Part shown: positions 1-8,933 of the stretch, piece by piece
Position numbering within the stretch: the first letter of the stretch is position 1
Layout: each line of letters opens with the position of its first letter
Assembly (NCBI GenBank): GCA_026387335.1
Contig: JAPLLX010000001.1
Location: 16,489 to 80,488 of the forward strand
Reading direction: 5' to 3'
Length of the DNA: 64,000 nt
Source: Candidatus Omnitrophota bacterium
Lineage (GTDB): Bacteria; Omnitrophota; Gorgyraeia; Gygaellales; Profunditerraquicolaceae
Program-made: the position numbers and the translations under genes
Notes under the pieces: model-generated
The model's input: the letters and a program-made list of their open reading frames with translations, nothing else
Told to the model about the DNA's origin: nothing
Databases searched by the model: none

Positions 1-215
1 CTGCTGAAATATCTCCGGCAATGGGCCTGTTGCAGATAAAATCTATTTTGCTTGGACTTTTAATCGCGGGTGGAATGCTTATACCGGGTAATATCCCGAA
101 TATTATTTCAGCAGGCAAGCTTAAGATAAAGAGCTCAGAGTGGGCAAAAGTCGGAGTGCCTCTTGGGCTGGCAGTAATGGCGGTATATTTCATTTTACTT
201 ATTTTCATAAGGTAA
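1..215 (+). CDS. hypothetical small hydrophobic protein; may be the 3' end of a longer membrane-protein gene, since the frame is open to the window edge
   Basis: ORF 21..215 with hydrophobic stretches (LLGLLIAGGMLIPG, LGLAVMAVYFILLIF). The frame has no stop between nt 3 and 21, so it may continue upstream of the window. Confidence 0.25.
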   Translation, partial: AEISPAMGLLQIKSILLGLLIAGGMLIPGNIPNIISAGKLKIKSSEWAKVGVPLGLAVMAVYFILLIFIR

Positions 216-230
216 CAACTATTCTAATAT

Positions 231-602
231 ATGAAAAAGGCTAAGAAGAGAAGAGCGAAATTAGATATTGATTGTTTTGTCTGTAAATCCCAGGCCCATT
301 GCTGTAAATTCGGCGCCTGGATCGACCTGGAAGAAGCGAAAAAGATTTTGTCCCTGGGAATCAAGGGCGATTTTTTTCATTTAGAGATAGACAAGGATTT
401 TCCTTCCGGGTATTGCGTTGGGACAAGCTACGAGGATGAAGCCTGTTCTTTCCTCAGGCCTGACGGGCTGTGCGCGATACATAAAGTTGATTACCGGCAT
501 AAGCCCAAGACCTGCAAAGATTTTCCTTACGAAAACAACAAAATCTCTCCTTTAGTAGATGTCTTATGCACGGAATTTAAACCTAAAAGAAAGAAAAAAT
601 AA
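231..602 (+). CDS. Cys-rich YkgJ/UPF0153-like putative Fe-S/zinc-binding protein (CxxCxxCC motif)
   Basis: CFVCKSQAHCC motif near the N-terminus plus further conserved Cys. The size (123 aa) fits the CxxCxxCC zinc/iron-chelating domain family. Confidence 0.45.
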   Translation: MKKAKKRRAKLDIDCFVCKSQAHCCKFGAWIDLEEAKKILSLGIKGDFFHLEIDKDFPSGYCVGTSYEDEACSFLRPDGLCAIHKVDYRHKPKTCKDFPYENNKISPLVDVLCTEFKPKRKKK

Positions 603-614
603 CGCATTTTTTAC

Positions 615-642
615 TGGACAAGACCTTAAAAAGTGTTATACT
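615..642 (+). promoter_or_regulatory. sigma70-like promoter with extended -10 (TGGACA-N16-TGtTATACT) upstream of cspA, giving a ~110-nt 5' UTR
   Basis: TGGACA at 615-620 and TATACT at 637-642 with TG at 634-635. A long 5' UTR is typical of cold-shock genes. Confidence 0.35.
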
Positions 643-766
643 CATCACAGTAGTAAATAAGGGATTAGAGGTCTTGAGGCCGCATGGTGTACATGACTAA
701 CCTTGTGGCTTTTTTTGTATCTGCCGTTATTTGCTATAAATTAAACAAGGAAGGAGGTAGTAAATA

Positions 767-967
767 ATGGCAAAAGGAAAAGTAAAGTGGTTTTCAGACC
801 AGAAAGGTTTTGGATTTATCACACCCGAGTCCGGTAACGACGTATTTGTGCATCACAGCGCGATTCAAGGCGAGGGCTATAAATCTTTAGCTGAAGGTCA
901 GGAAGTGGAATTCAACATTGAAAAAGGTCCTAAAGGTGAACAAGCTACTAATGTAGTGAAGTTATAA
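767..967 (+). CDS. cspA: cold-shock protein (CspA family)
   Basis: [17 protein letters not shown]...[13 protein letters not shown]1/RNP2 cold-shock domain motifs. Strong RBS GGAGG upstream. Confidence 0.9.
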   Translation: MAKGKVKWFSDQKGFGFITPESGNDVFVHHSAIQGEGYKSLAEGQEVEFNIEKGPKGEQATNVVKL

Positions 968-975
968 CCAAGGGT

Positions 976-1013
976 AAGCCCGGCTCTTTTAACAAGGGCC
1001 GGGCTTGTTTTTA
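976..1013 (+). terminator. rho-independent terminator after the first csp gene
   Basis: Stem aagcccggc/gccgggctt with a 13-nt loop, followed by tgttttt. Confidence 0.5.
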
Positions 1014-1026
1014 AAAAGGAGAAGGA

Positions 1027-1227
1027 ATGGCTACAGGAAAAATAAAGAAGTTAGTCCGCGACAGAGGATTCGGTTTTATCGCTGATGCGGATGGCAAAGA
1101 GGTATTTTTTCATCAGTCCGGCCTTGTGGATGTTACATTTGAAAGTTTAAACGAGGACCAGGCAGTAACTTATGATGTCGAAAAATCCGATAAGGGCCCG
1201 CGCGCAGTAAACGTGCACGTTGCCTAA
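1027..1227 (+). CDS. cold-shock domain protein, second paralog
   Basis: KIKKLVRDRGFGFIADADGKEVFFHQS: cold-shock domain. Confidence 0.85.
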   Translation: MATGKIKKLVRDRGFGFIADADGKEVFFHQSGLVDVTFESLNEDQAVTYDVEKSDKGPRAVNVHVA

Positions 1228-1246
1228 AAAGTAAGAAATAGACAAA

Positions 1247-1283
1247 AAATCCCAGGCATGAAATTTATGCTTGGGATTTTTTG
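1247..1283 (+). terminator. rho-independent terminator after the second csp gene
   Basis: 13-bp stem aaatcccaggcat/atgcttgggattt (one G:U), 7-nt loop, T-run. Confidence 0.6.
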
Positions 1284-1287
1284 TTTA

Positions 1288-1315
1288 TTGAGATTTTTAA
1301 TTTTAAGGTTATAAT
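1288..1315 (+). promoter_or_regulatory. sigma70-like promoter TTGAGA-N16-TATAAT upstream of the acetolactate decarboxylase gene
   Basis: TTGAGA 1288-1293, perfect TATAAT 1310-1315, 16-nt spacer. Confidence 0.45.
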
Positions 1316-1353
1316 ATAACCTATGCAATACAGCAAATAGAAGGAGGCGGATT

Positions 1354-2088
1354 ATGAACAAAAAATATTTTGTCTTTTTACTGGCTTTGATTATCGCCTT
1401 ATCCAGCGGCTGCGCGCATTGCCGGAAAGATAAAGCAAAAATATTTCAGTATTCTACCGTCAATGCTTTCTACTCCGGGGTTTATGACGGAAAGCTTGCC
1501 TGTAAAGAACTCAAAAAACACGGCGACTTCGGTATGGGCACCTTTAACGGAGTTGACGGAGAGCTGATCCTTTTGGGAAAGGTTTGTTATCAGGCCAAAG
1601 CGGACGGAAGGATAGTTATAGCTAAAAATAATCTGGAGATCCCGTTTGCCACCGCTAATTATTTTAAGCCGTCAATCCACGCTGTTTTAGAGAAGCCTTT
1701 AGACTTAAAAGAAATCACTGAATACCTGGATCTGCTCTTACCGGATAAGAATTCAATTTTCGCGATCAAGTTAGAGGGAGAATTCGACTTTGTACAGACC
1801 AGGAGCATTGAAAAACAAAAGGAGCCGTATACGCCGTTTACCGAAGTGGCTAAAAATCAAAGCGTTTCCAAATTCAGCGGTATAAAAGGGACTTTAGTGG
1901 GGTATTATTTCCCCGAGTATATGAAAGAGCTTAATGTCGCGGGTTATCACCTGCATTTTATCTCCCGGGATAGAAAACACGGCGGCCACCTCTTGGATTG
2001 CAATATCTTAAAGGGAAGTATTGAGATGGAGCAGGTAAATAAAATCTTTATGGAATTAAACGACACCAAGAATCTAACGATAAAATAG
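1354..2088 (+). CDS. budA: alpha-acetolactate decarboxylase with N-terminal lipoprotein-type signal peptide
   Basis: IFQYSTVNAFYSGVYDG...GDFGMGTFNGVDGE...AGYHLHFISRDRKHGGHLLD matches conserved ALDC blocks (QYSTINAL, GLGT, PGFHLHF, SGGHVL). The N-terminus MNKKYFVFLLALIIALSSGC is a signal peptide with a lipobox-like Cys. Confidence 0.8.
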   Translation: MNKKYFVFLLALIIALSSGCAHCRKDKAKIFQYSTVNAFYSGVYDGKLACKELKKHGDFGMGTFNGVDGELILLGKVCYQAKADGRIVIAKNNLEIPFATANYFKPSIHAVLEKPLDLKEITEYLDLLLPDKNSIFAIKLEGEFDFVQTRSIEKQKEPYTPFTEVAKNQSVSKFSGIKGTLVGYYFPEYMKELNVAGYHLHFISRDRKHGGHLLDCNILKGSIEMEQVNKIFMELNDTKNLTIK

Positions 2089-2098
2089 GAGGAACAAA

Positions 2099-2644
2099 GT
2101 GGTCAGGAATATCACAGTCATTATATTTTCATTATTTTTTATTAACCAGTTAGCAGAAGGAGCATACGGAATGGATAAAAATATTGTAGTGTTGGAGACT
2201 ACCCAGGGTTCAATAGAGATTAAACTTATGCCGGAAGCCGCTCCTAAGGCTTGTGAGAATTTTACTAAACTGGTTGAGAAAGGTTATTATAACGGCCTCA
2301 TTTTTCACAGAGTGATAAAAGGCTTTATGATTCAGGGAGGAGACCCCACCGGAACAGGCGCGGGAGGAGAATCTGTTTGGGGAAAACCGTTTGAAGACGA
2401 GGTAAGTTCAGACGTTAAATTTGATAAAGCCGGGATTTTGGCTATGGCTAATGCCGGGCCCGGCACAAACGGCAGCCAGTTTTTTATTACCACTGCCGCA
2501 ACGCCTTGGTTAAATATGCGCCACACGATTTTTGGCGAAGTTATTTCTGGTTATGATGTAGTGCAAAAGATTGAGAATACCCAGACTTCCGGGTCTGACA
2601 AGCCGTTAGCTGAGCAGAAAATCATCAAGGCCTATTTAAAATAG
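2099..2644 (+). CDS. peptidyl-prolyl cis-trans isomerase, cyclophilin type, with signal peptide (periplasmic); GTG start
   Basis: FHRVIKGFMIQGGDPTGTGAGGES...MANAGPGTNGSQFFITT: cyclophilin signature. Strong RBS TAGGAGGA 5 nt before GTG 2099. Hydrophobic N-terminus. Confidence 0.85.
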   Translation: MVRNITVIIFSLFFINQLAEGAYGMDKNIVVLETTQGSIEIKLMPEAAPKACENFTKLVEKGYYNGLIFHRVIKGFMIQGGDPTGTGAGGESVWGKPFEDEVSSDVKFDKAGILAMANAGPGTNGSQFFITTAATPWLNMRHTIFGEVISGYDVVQKIENTQTSGSDKPLAEQKIIKAYLK

Positions 2645-2706
2645 GTTCGGAAAATAAAAATCCCGGATTAGGAATTATCTGATATAATTAAACAATGGGA
2701 GTGGAT

Positions 2707-3030
2707 ATGGAATTTAAGAGAATAAGGGATGAAGTAAAGTCTTTGAGCCCGGAGACCTTGCGTTCGGATAACAGCGATTATTTTGAGGCGGTTTTTATCA
2801 AGGGAGAGCTGGTTAAGCTTAACGCCAGATTAACGAATTTTTTCGGCGAGCCTGCCTGGCCCTCTAAGGATAAGTTGACCAGCCAGATGGATGAAGCGAT
2901 AAAGGATTTCGGCGGTATCCAGGGCGGACAAACCCTTTATTTTAAGGGCGTGGGTATCAATTCTTTGTTCGCTATGCTTTGGCCCTGGCAGGACGGGGTC
3001 CATACGACTATTAAGATTGCTTATAAATAA
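2707..3030 (+). CDS. hypothetical protein
   Basis: ORF 2695..3030. The ATG at 2707 is better placed relative to GGGAG. No recognisable motif. Confidence 0.3.
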   Translation: MEFKRIRDEVKSLSPETLRSDNSDYFEAVFIKGELVKLNARLTNFFGEPAWPSKDKLTSQMDEAIKDFGGIQGGQTLYFKGVGINSLFAMLWPWQDGVHTTIKIAYK

Positions 3031-3061
3031 AAGCCTGCCGTTACGGTAGGAAGGGAGTTTT

Positions 3062-4534
3062 ATGGAAAAAATAAAATTTGATTTTAATAATATGTTCAGC
3101 GCGAGTATCGGCAGCGCGCATGGCGTAAGCCAGCAGGATATTGATGAGATACTTCCGGAGGCGCGACTTTGCGCAGGGCACTTAAAGAAGATTATTGCCA
3201 ACCCTCAAGCAAGAGTCAATTTAGGCCTTGAGTGGGTGGTTCTTTTTAAGCAGGATAAAAAGGAGATCGCCAAGCTCCAGAAACTGGGGAAAGAGATCGC
3301 TAAAAAATATGAAAATGTCATTTCCTTGGGAATCGGTGGTTCATATTTAGGCCTGAAAGCCGCGCAGGATGCCTTGTGCGCGCCTTATTACAATGAATTT
3401 AAGCCCTTAAGAAAGAGATCGCCGCGGTTTTATTTGGAAGGTAATAATATGGATCCGGATACACTGCAGGTTTTATTAAAACACCTTTTACCTAAAAAAA
3501 CATTCGTCATTATTATCTCTAAATCCGGAGAAACCACAGAATCTAAGGCAGCCTTTGCGTTAGTTGAAGCTTGGCTGAAAAAAGGAGTAGGTAAGAGATA
3601 CGGCCGGCAGATTTTGGCGATTACCGATCCCCAATCCGGTACTTTGCGGGAAAAGGTAAAGCGTGAGCAAAAGAAAGATGCTTTAAGCTTTCGCGCGTTT
3701 CCGATTTTAAAAGGCGTAGGCGGAAGGTTCTCAGAGTTTAATATGGGTTTGATCCACCTGGCAATCGCGGGCGTAAATATCCAAGAACTTTTTTCGGGTG
3801 TTAAGGAGATGTTTGATCGCTGCAGTCAGGATGATATATTGAAGAACCCGGCGTATATGTACGCTTTATTGCATACAATTCTCTACCGTAAAAAGGCAAA
3901 ATCGTTAGCTATATTAATGCCCTTTTCGCAAACGCTTAAATCCACGGCAGATTGGTATGTGCAGCTTTTAGCGGAAAGCTTAGGTAAAAAATACCACCGT
4001 AAGATCGAGGTAGATAATGATGGAGTAGAAAATTGGCTGGCGGATGAAGGATCCTTATTTAGTAAGGGCAGGACTCCCATATCTGCCGCCGGAACCAACG
4101 ATCTGCATTCTATTCAGCAAAATAACGTTGAAGGAGAAGATAATAAAGTCCTTACTTTTATTCGGGTTGAGCATTTTAGGACAGATTTAAAAATACCGGG
4201 TAAAGGGGATCTGCTTTCCGGGAAAAGTTTTAGTGCGCTTATGCATTTGGCCCAGGAGGCAACAGAGTGGGCCTTGGCCAGCGAAAACCGGCCGAACTGT
4301 ACGATTATCATGCCTAGAGTATCCGCGTATAACTGGGGAGCGCTTTTATTTTTCTTTGAAATGGCAACAGCCTTTGAAGGCGAGCTGCTCAATATCAACG
4401 CTTTTGACCAGCCCGGAGTAGAAGGTTATAAAAATTATATGTATTATAAATTAGGCAAACCCGGTATCGCTCAAGATATAGCCAACGAAATCAAAAATCA
4501 CCCTCTTATCAAAGACCCCAAATACATCCTTTAA
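3062..4534 (+). CDS. pgi: glucose-6-phosphate isomerase
   Basis: ISLGIGGSYLGLKAA, IIISKSGETTES, GGRFSEFNMGL correspond to PGI conserved blocks (GIGGS, SKTFTT-like, GGRYS). Confidence 0.8.
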   Translation: MEKIKFDFNNMFSASIGSAHGVSQQDIDEILPEARLCAGHLKKIIANPQARVNLGLEWVVLFKQDKKEIAKLQKLGKEIAKKYENVISLGIGGSYLGLKAAQDALCAPYYNEFKPLRKRSPRFYLEGNNMDPDTLQVLLKHLLPKKTFVIIISKSGETTESKAAFALVEAWLKKGVGKRYGRQILAITDPQSGTLREKVKREQKKDALSFRAFPILKGVGGRFSEFNMGLIHLAIAGVNIQELFSGVKEMFDRCSQDDILKNPAYMYALLHTILYRKKAKSLAILMPFSQTLKSTADWYVQLLAESLGKKYHRKIEVDNDGVENWLADEGSLFSKGRTPISAAGTNDLHSIQQNNVEGEDNKVLTFIRVEHFRTDLKIPGKGDLLSGKSFSALMHLAQEATEWALASENRPNCTIIMPRVSAYNWGALLFFFEMATAFEGELLNINAFDQPGVEGYKNYMYYKLGKPGIAQDIANEIKNHPLIKDPKYIL

Positions 4535-4594
4535 TCAATGGCAATGTAGACAGTCTACGTAACTTACTGTAAATAATATTGTTACATAACAAAT

Positions 4595-5551
4595 ATGCTT
4601 AAAGTCGGCAATCTAAAATTAAAATCGAATCTTATTCTTGCGCCAATGGCGGGAGTTAGCGACTTGCCTTTTCGCTTGCTTAACCGGAAATTCGGGGCGG
4701 AACTGGCTTTTGTAGAGATGATTAATTGCCGCTCTATAAGCCATAAAAGTAAGCGGACGCAAAGCATGCTTAGCTCAACTCCTCAAGACAGGCCTTTAGG
4801 CTTGCAACTGTTAGGATGCGAAGATAAATACATCCTTAAGGCTCTGGATGTTTTAAAGAAATATAAATTTGAACTTATTGATTTTAACGCCGCCTGTCCG
4901 GCAAAAAAAGTTGTCCGCAGGCAAGAGGGAGCAGGACTATTAAAAGATCCCAAGAAATTAAAGAAGATACTTAAGCTAGTGGTGAAAAATTCCGCGGTCC
5001 CGGTTACGGTAAAGATCCGCACTGGCTGGGATAAGGATAATATTAACGCTAAAGAAGTAGCTCTTTACGCCCAGGATGCCGGAGTCAACGGTTTATTCAT
5101 CCACGGAAGGACTAAAACCCAGGGGTACAGCGGTAGTGTTGATTATAAGGTGATCCGGGAAGTGAAGAAGGCCTTAAGCATTCCGGTTATCGCCAGCGGA
5201 GATATATTGTCAGCGCAGTTAGCCAAAAAAATGTTTGATGAGACAGGTTGCGATGGCCTGGCTATTGCCCGCGGCGCGCTGGGAAACCCCTGGATATTTA
5301 AAGAGATAAAAGAATACTTAAATACAGGTAAGATTATCCCCAAGCCTGGCGAAGCTAAAATAGTTAAAATTATGCTTGAGCATTTAAACGCTTCAATAGC
5401 TTTTTATGGGGAGAGAAACGGCGTGATAATATTTCGCAAGTTCTTCGGTTGGTACACGAAAGGCTTTCGCCGGATACGTCCTTTAAGAGAAAAATCCTCC
5501 CGGGCCAAGAATAAAGAAGAAATGACGGCTATAATTGAGGGATGCAGGTAG
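4595..5551 (+). CDS. dusB: tRNA-dihydrouridine synthase
   Basis: LAPMAGVSDLPFRLL...DFNAACP...VTVKIRTGWD: Dus family TIM-barrel motifs. Confidence 0.85.
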   Translation: MLKVGNLKLKSNLILAPMAGVSDLPFRLLNRKFGAELAFVEMINCRSISHKSKRTQSMLSSTPQDRPLGLQLLGCEDKYILKALDVLKKYKFELIDFNAACPAKKVVRRQEGAGLLKDPKKLKKILKLVVKNSAVPVTVKIRTGWDKDNINAKEVALYAQDAGVNGLFIHGRTKTQGYSGSVDYKVIREVKKALSIPVIASGDILSAQLAKKMFDETGCDGLAIARGALGNPWIFKEIKEYLNTGKIIPKPGEAKIVKIMLEHLNASIAFYGERNGVIIFRKFFGWYTKGFRRIRPLREKSSRAKNKEEMTAIIEGCR

Positions 5552-5561
5552 CTATAAACAA

Positions 5562-5592
5562 AAAAGCCCCGATTACTTCCGGGGTCTTCTTG
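5562..5592 (+). terminator. possible weak terminator hairpin after dusB
   Basis: aagccccg...cggggtct imperfect stem preceded by an A-run and followed by tcttctt. Confidence 0.3.
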
Positions 5593-5705
5593 TAGGTGAT
5601 AGGCCTTTTAGCTTTCGCTATCTGCCTATTCCTCCTTGTTGCTTGTTCCTTTATCTTGCATAGTAAGTATGCCATATATTTTGCCGCATTTCAAGTCCCA
5701 TAGCA

Positions 5706-5783
5706 TAGGGACGGTTCTCAACTCCAAGCTAAAGCGTCCCCTGCCAGGGGACACTTTAAGATTAGCTTGAGAACCGTCCCTAA
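5706..5783 (+). repeat. 78-bp nested-palindrome intergenic repeat element, copy 1 (17-bp outer inverted repeat AGGGACGGTTCTCAA... plus inner GCGTCCCC/GGGGACAC hairpin)
   Basis: Near-identical copies at 16118-16195 and 36151-36227. The outer arms TAGGGACGGTTCTCAAC / GCTTGAGAACCGTCCCTAA are reverse complements. Confidence 0.75.
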
Positions 5784-5804
5784 TTCATAGTATAATATTT
5801 AATC

Positions 5805-7877
5805 ATGGATAAGCCCGAGCATATTTCTATCCGCTATTTAAAAGGCATCGGCCCGAAGAGGGAAAAGGTATTTGCCAAGGCCGGTATAAATACAATCAGC
5901 GACCTGATGTATTATTTCCCGCGCCGCTACGAAGACCGCACCCATCTTGTCCCGATTTCCCAGTTAAGGCCGGGGGAAACTCAGACCATTAAAGCCAAGG
6001 TCCTGGCCTTGGGCCAGCATAATTCCTGGCGCAGGCGCAGGTTTAATATAACCGAAGTAGCTGTCGGTGATGATACGGGGAGGGTATCCTGCGTATGGTT
6101 TAACCAGCCTTACTTAAAAGAATATTTTAAGCCGGGAACCGAAGTTATATTATACGGAAAGGTCGAGCTTTACGGAGCAAAACTTCAGATGAGTAACCCG
6201 GAGTTTGAAATTATTAATGATGCAACCGATTCTCAACTGAGCGTCGGCCGTCTGGTCCCGGTTTATTCTCTGCCGGAAGGTTTTTCGCAAAGGACCTTGC
6301 GCCGCTTAATCAAAAATACCCTGGATAAATATTTACCCAAACTAAAAGAGTGCCTGCCTTATGATATAAGGCGCAGGAATAACCTGCTTAATTTAGTCAA
6401 GAGCCTGTTAAATATACATTTTCCGGAGAACACCGAATTGCAAAAAGAGGCTTATACGCGCCTAAGCTTTGAAGAGTTTTTCTTATTTCAGCTTCCGCTG
6501 GTTTTGCGTAAATTAAAAAGGAAGGATAAGAGGGGGATCGCGCATAAGGTAGACGGAGAATTAGTTTCAGGTTTCATATCCGGCCTGCCTTTTAAGCTGA
6601 CCTGGGCCCAGGAAAAAGCATTAGAAGAAATAAAACTGGATATGGTTTCGCCTCAACCTATGCAGAGGATTTTACAGGGGGATGTGGGTTCAGGTAAGAC
6701 CGTTGTGGCGACTGCCGCCGGCTTAATGGCCATCCAGGGCGGCTACCAGGCTGCTTTTATGGTGCCTACGGAGATTTTGGCCTGGCAGCATTTTAATAAA
6801 ATCAAGGAGCAGGTCAAAGGCATAAGCGTAAGTTTACTAACCGGCAGTTCCGAAAAAAAAGAAAAAGATAAAATTTATAAGCAGATAGGTAGCGGCGATA
6901 TAGATTTAGTTATCGGAACGCACGCGTTATTAGAGGGCAAGGTAAAATTTAAGAATCTCGGTTTGGTAATCATTGATGAGCAGCATAAATTCGGGGTGGG
7001 CCAGCGCGCTCTTCTTCCGGCTAAAGGCCTAAATCCGGATGTCCTGATCATGACCGCCACTCCGATACCGCGGACCTTAGCTATTACTATATACGGAGAT
7101 TTAGATGATTCGGTCATTCATGAACTCCCGCCCGGCAGGCTCCCCATAAAAACAATTTTATTCGAACAGGCAGATAGAAGACAGGCTTACAAACTGGCAA
7201 AAGACGAATTAAAGTTAGGAAAACAGGTTTATATAATTTATCCGGTAATCGATGAATCTTATGTAATGGATATCGCCGGAGCCAAGAAGATGTACGTGGA
7301 TTTAAAAGCCGGAGAATTTAAGGATTTTAAGTTGGGGCTCATCCACGGCCGGCTTAAACAGGAAGAGCAGGATAAAGTTATGGATGAATTCAAGTCCGGC
7401 AAGATTGATTTGCTGGTTTCTACTACGGTGCTGGAGGTCGGCATTGATGTTCCTAACGCCACCTGTATGATCATTGAGTCGGCTGAGCGTTTTGGCCTGA
7501 GCCAATTACATCAGTTACGTGGAAGGGTGGGCAGGGGTAAAGATGAGTCAACTTGTGTGTTGATTTCCAATGCCCAGACCGAAGAGGCAAAACACCGTTT
7601 GAGCGCGATGGCCAAATATAGCGACGGTTTCAGGATAGCCGAGGAGGATTTAAGGATCCGCGGGCCGGGCGAGTTTTTCGGCAAGGAGCAGCATGGCCTA
7701 AGCGAGTTAAAAATAGCGAATCCTTTGAGTCAAATGCAGCTGTTAAAGAGAGCCAGGGAAGAGGCGCTAAAATTGCTGGGCGCGGATTTACGTTTAGAGT
7801 CCCGGCAAAATTTGCTTTTAAAAGAAAAGCTGTTGCAGAAGTTTCCTGAATATGAGAAATTAATGCTGGTGGGGTAA
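5805..7877 (+). CDS. recG: ATP-dependent DNA helicase RecG
   Basis: N-terminal wedge region, GDVGSGKT Walker A, DEQHKFGV, helicase C motifs. 690 aa. Confidence 0.9.
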   Translation: MDKPEHISIRYLKGIGPKREKVFAKAGINTISDLMYYFPRRYEDRTHLVPISQLRPGETQTIKAKVLALGQHNSWRRRRFNITEVAVGDDTGRVSCVWFNQPYLKEYFKPGTEVILYGKVELYGAKLQMSNPEFEIINDATDSQLSVGRLVPVYSLPEGFSQRTLRRLIKNTLDKYLPKLKECLPYDIRRRNNLLNLVKSLLNIHFPENTELQKEAYTRLSFEEFFLFQLPLVLRKLKRKDKRGIAHKVDGELVSGFISGLPFKLTWAQEKALEEIKLDMVSPQPMQRILQGDVGSGKTVVATAAGLMAIQGGYQAAFMVPTEILAWQHFNKIKEQVKGISVSLLTGSSEKKEKDKIYKQIGSGDIDLVIGTHALLEGKVKFKNLGLVIIDEQHKFGVGQRALLPAKGLNPDVLIMTATPIPRTLAITIYGDLDDSVIHELPPGRLPIKTILFEQADRRQAYKLAKDELKLGKQVYIIYPVIDESYVMDIAGAKKMYVDLKAGEFKDFKLGLIHGRLKQEEQDKVMDEFKSGKIDLLVSTTVLEVGIDVPNATCMIIESAERFGLSQLHQLRGRVGRGKDESTCVLISNAQTEEAKHRLSAMAKYSDGFRIAEEDLRIRGPGEFFGKEQHGLSELKIANPLSQMQLLKRAREEALKLLGADLRLESRQNLLLKEKLLQKFPEYEKLMLVG

Positions 7878-7895
7878 AACCGGAGATTAGCTATT

Positions 7896-8441
7896 ATGCG
7901 CATAACTACGGGTAAATATAAGGGCAGGAGCCTTAAAATGCCTAAGGGTATCCGGCCAACGCAGGATAAGGTAAGGAAGGCTATTTTTGATATTCTGGGC
8001 GATATTGCAGGTTTGACGTTTTTAGAGCTTTTTGCCGGTTCGGGAGCCGTAGGGTTGGAAGCTTTATCCCGCGGAGCCAAGGGGGTAGTTCTGGTGGAAG
8101 CTAATCCCGAGAGTATACTTACTATAAAGGAAAATTTGGCTATACTTAAGCCTGAAAATTGCATTCTATACCCCTCTGATACGCAAAGAATAATAGAGAA
8201 TCTCCATAAAAGCCGCAAAACCTTTGATATTATCTTCTTTGACCCCCCTTATTATCAGGATTTGGCAAAAAAAACCTTGCAAACCCTGGAGGCTTATGAT
8301 ATATTAGCGCCCGATGGATTAATAATTGCGCAGCATTTTAAGAGAGAGAACCTCCCAGAGAACCTGGGAGTTTTAAGTTTAATCAGGCAGTATAAATATT
8401 CGGATACTTTTCTTTCTTTATATAGGAAAAAGGAGCCTTGA
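7896..8441 (+). CDS. rsmD: 16S rRNA (guanine966-N2)-methyltransferase
   Basis: RITTGKYKGRSL..RPT.DKVRKAIFDIL...FAGSGAVGLEALSRGA...FFDPPY: RsmD signature. Confidence 0.85.
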   Translation: MRITTGKYKGRSLKMPKGIRPTQDKVRKAIFDILGDIAGLTFLELFAGSGAVGLEALSRGAKGVVLVEANPESILTIKENLAILKPENCILYPSDTQRIIENLHKSRKTFDIIFFDPPYYQDLAKKTLQTLEAYDILAPDGLIIAQHFKRENLPENLGVLSLIRQYKYSDTFLSLYRKKEP

Positions 8442-8444
8442 GCT

Positions 8445-8933
8445 ATGTGTCAGGCGGCAATATATCCCGGGACATTTGATCCAGTAACCAACGGCCATAT
8501 TGACCTGATCAAAAGGGCGCATGAGATATTTTCTGAAGTGATTGTAGCGGTAGCGGCTAACCCCAGCAAAAAACCGCTTTTTGATATTAAAGAGAGGGTG
8601 GCTATGCTTAAAAAAGCTACTGCCGGTTTAAAAGGGGTGGAGGTAGTTGATTTTGACGGCTTAGTAGTGGATTTCGCGCGTAAGCAAAAGTCTAAAGTCC
8701 TGGTCAGAGGCATAAGGATGATCTCGGATTTCGAATACGAATTCCAGATGGCCCTGACCAATAGAAAGATCGCCGGCGACGTGGAAACTATTTTTCTTAT
8801 GCCCCATGAATCCTATAGCTATTTATCTTCCAAACTTTTAAAAGAAACAGCTTCTCTAGGAGCGGATTTATCCAGCTTTGTCCCGGATTTTGTGGAAAAA
8901 GCGCTTAAGGAAAAATTAAGCGCTAAGAAGTGA
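8445..8933 (+). CDS. coaD: phosphopantetheine adenylyltransferase
   Basis: AIYPGTFDPVTNGHIDLI: T/HxGH nucleotidyltransferase motif. 162 aa. Confidence 0.9.
   Translation: MCQAAIYPGTFDPVTNGHIDLIKRAHEIFSEVIVAVAANPSKKPLFDIKERVAMLKKATAGLKGVEVVDFDGLVVDFARKQKSKVLVRGIRMISDFEYEFQMALTNRKIAGDVETIFLMPHESYSYLSSKLLKETASLGADLSSFVPDFVEKALKEKLSAKK

Noticed and set aside
4535-4594. Short palindrome tgtagacagtctacg after pgi as a terminator
   Set aside because: Only a 6-bp stem and no T-run. Too weak to call.
5706-5783. Possibility that the 78-bp element is a tRNA, riboswitch or CRISPR repeat
   Set aside because: No cloverleaf or tRNA boxes. Copies are dispersed rather than arrayed with spacers. No conserved ligand-binding architecture recognised. 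A REP/MITE-like structured repeat fits better.
7730-8218. 162-aa ORF on the - strand spanning the recG/rsmD junction
   Set aside because: Overlaps two well-supported + strand genes. Low-complexity translation.
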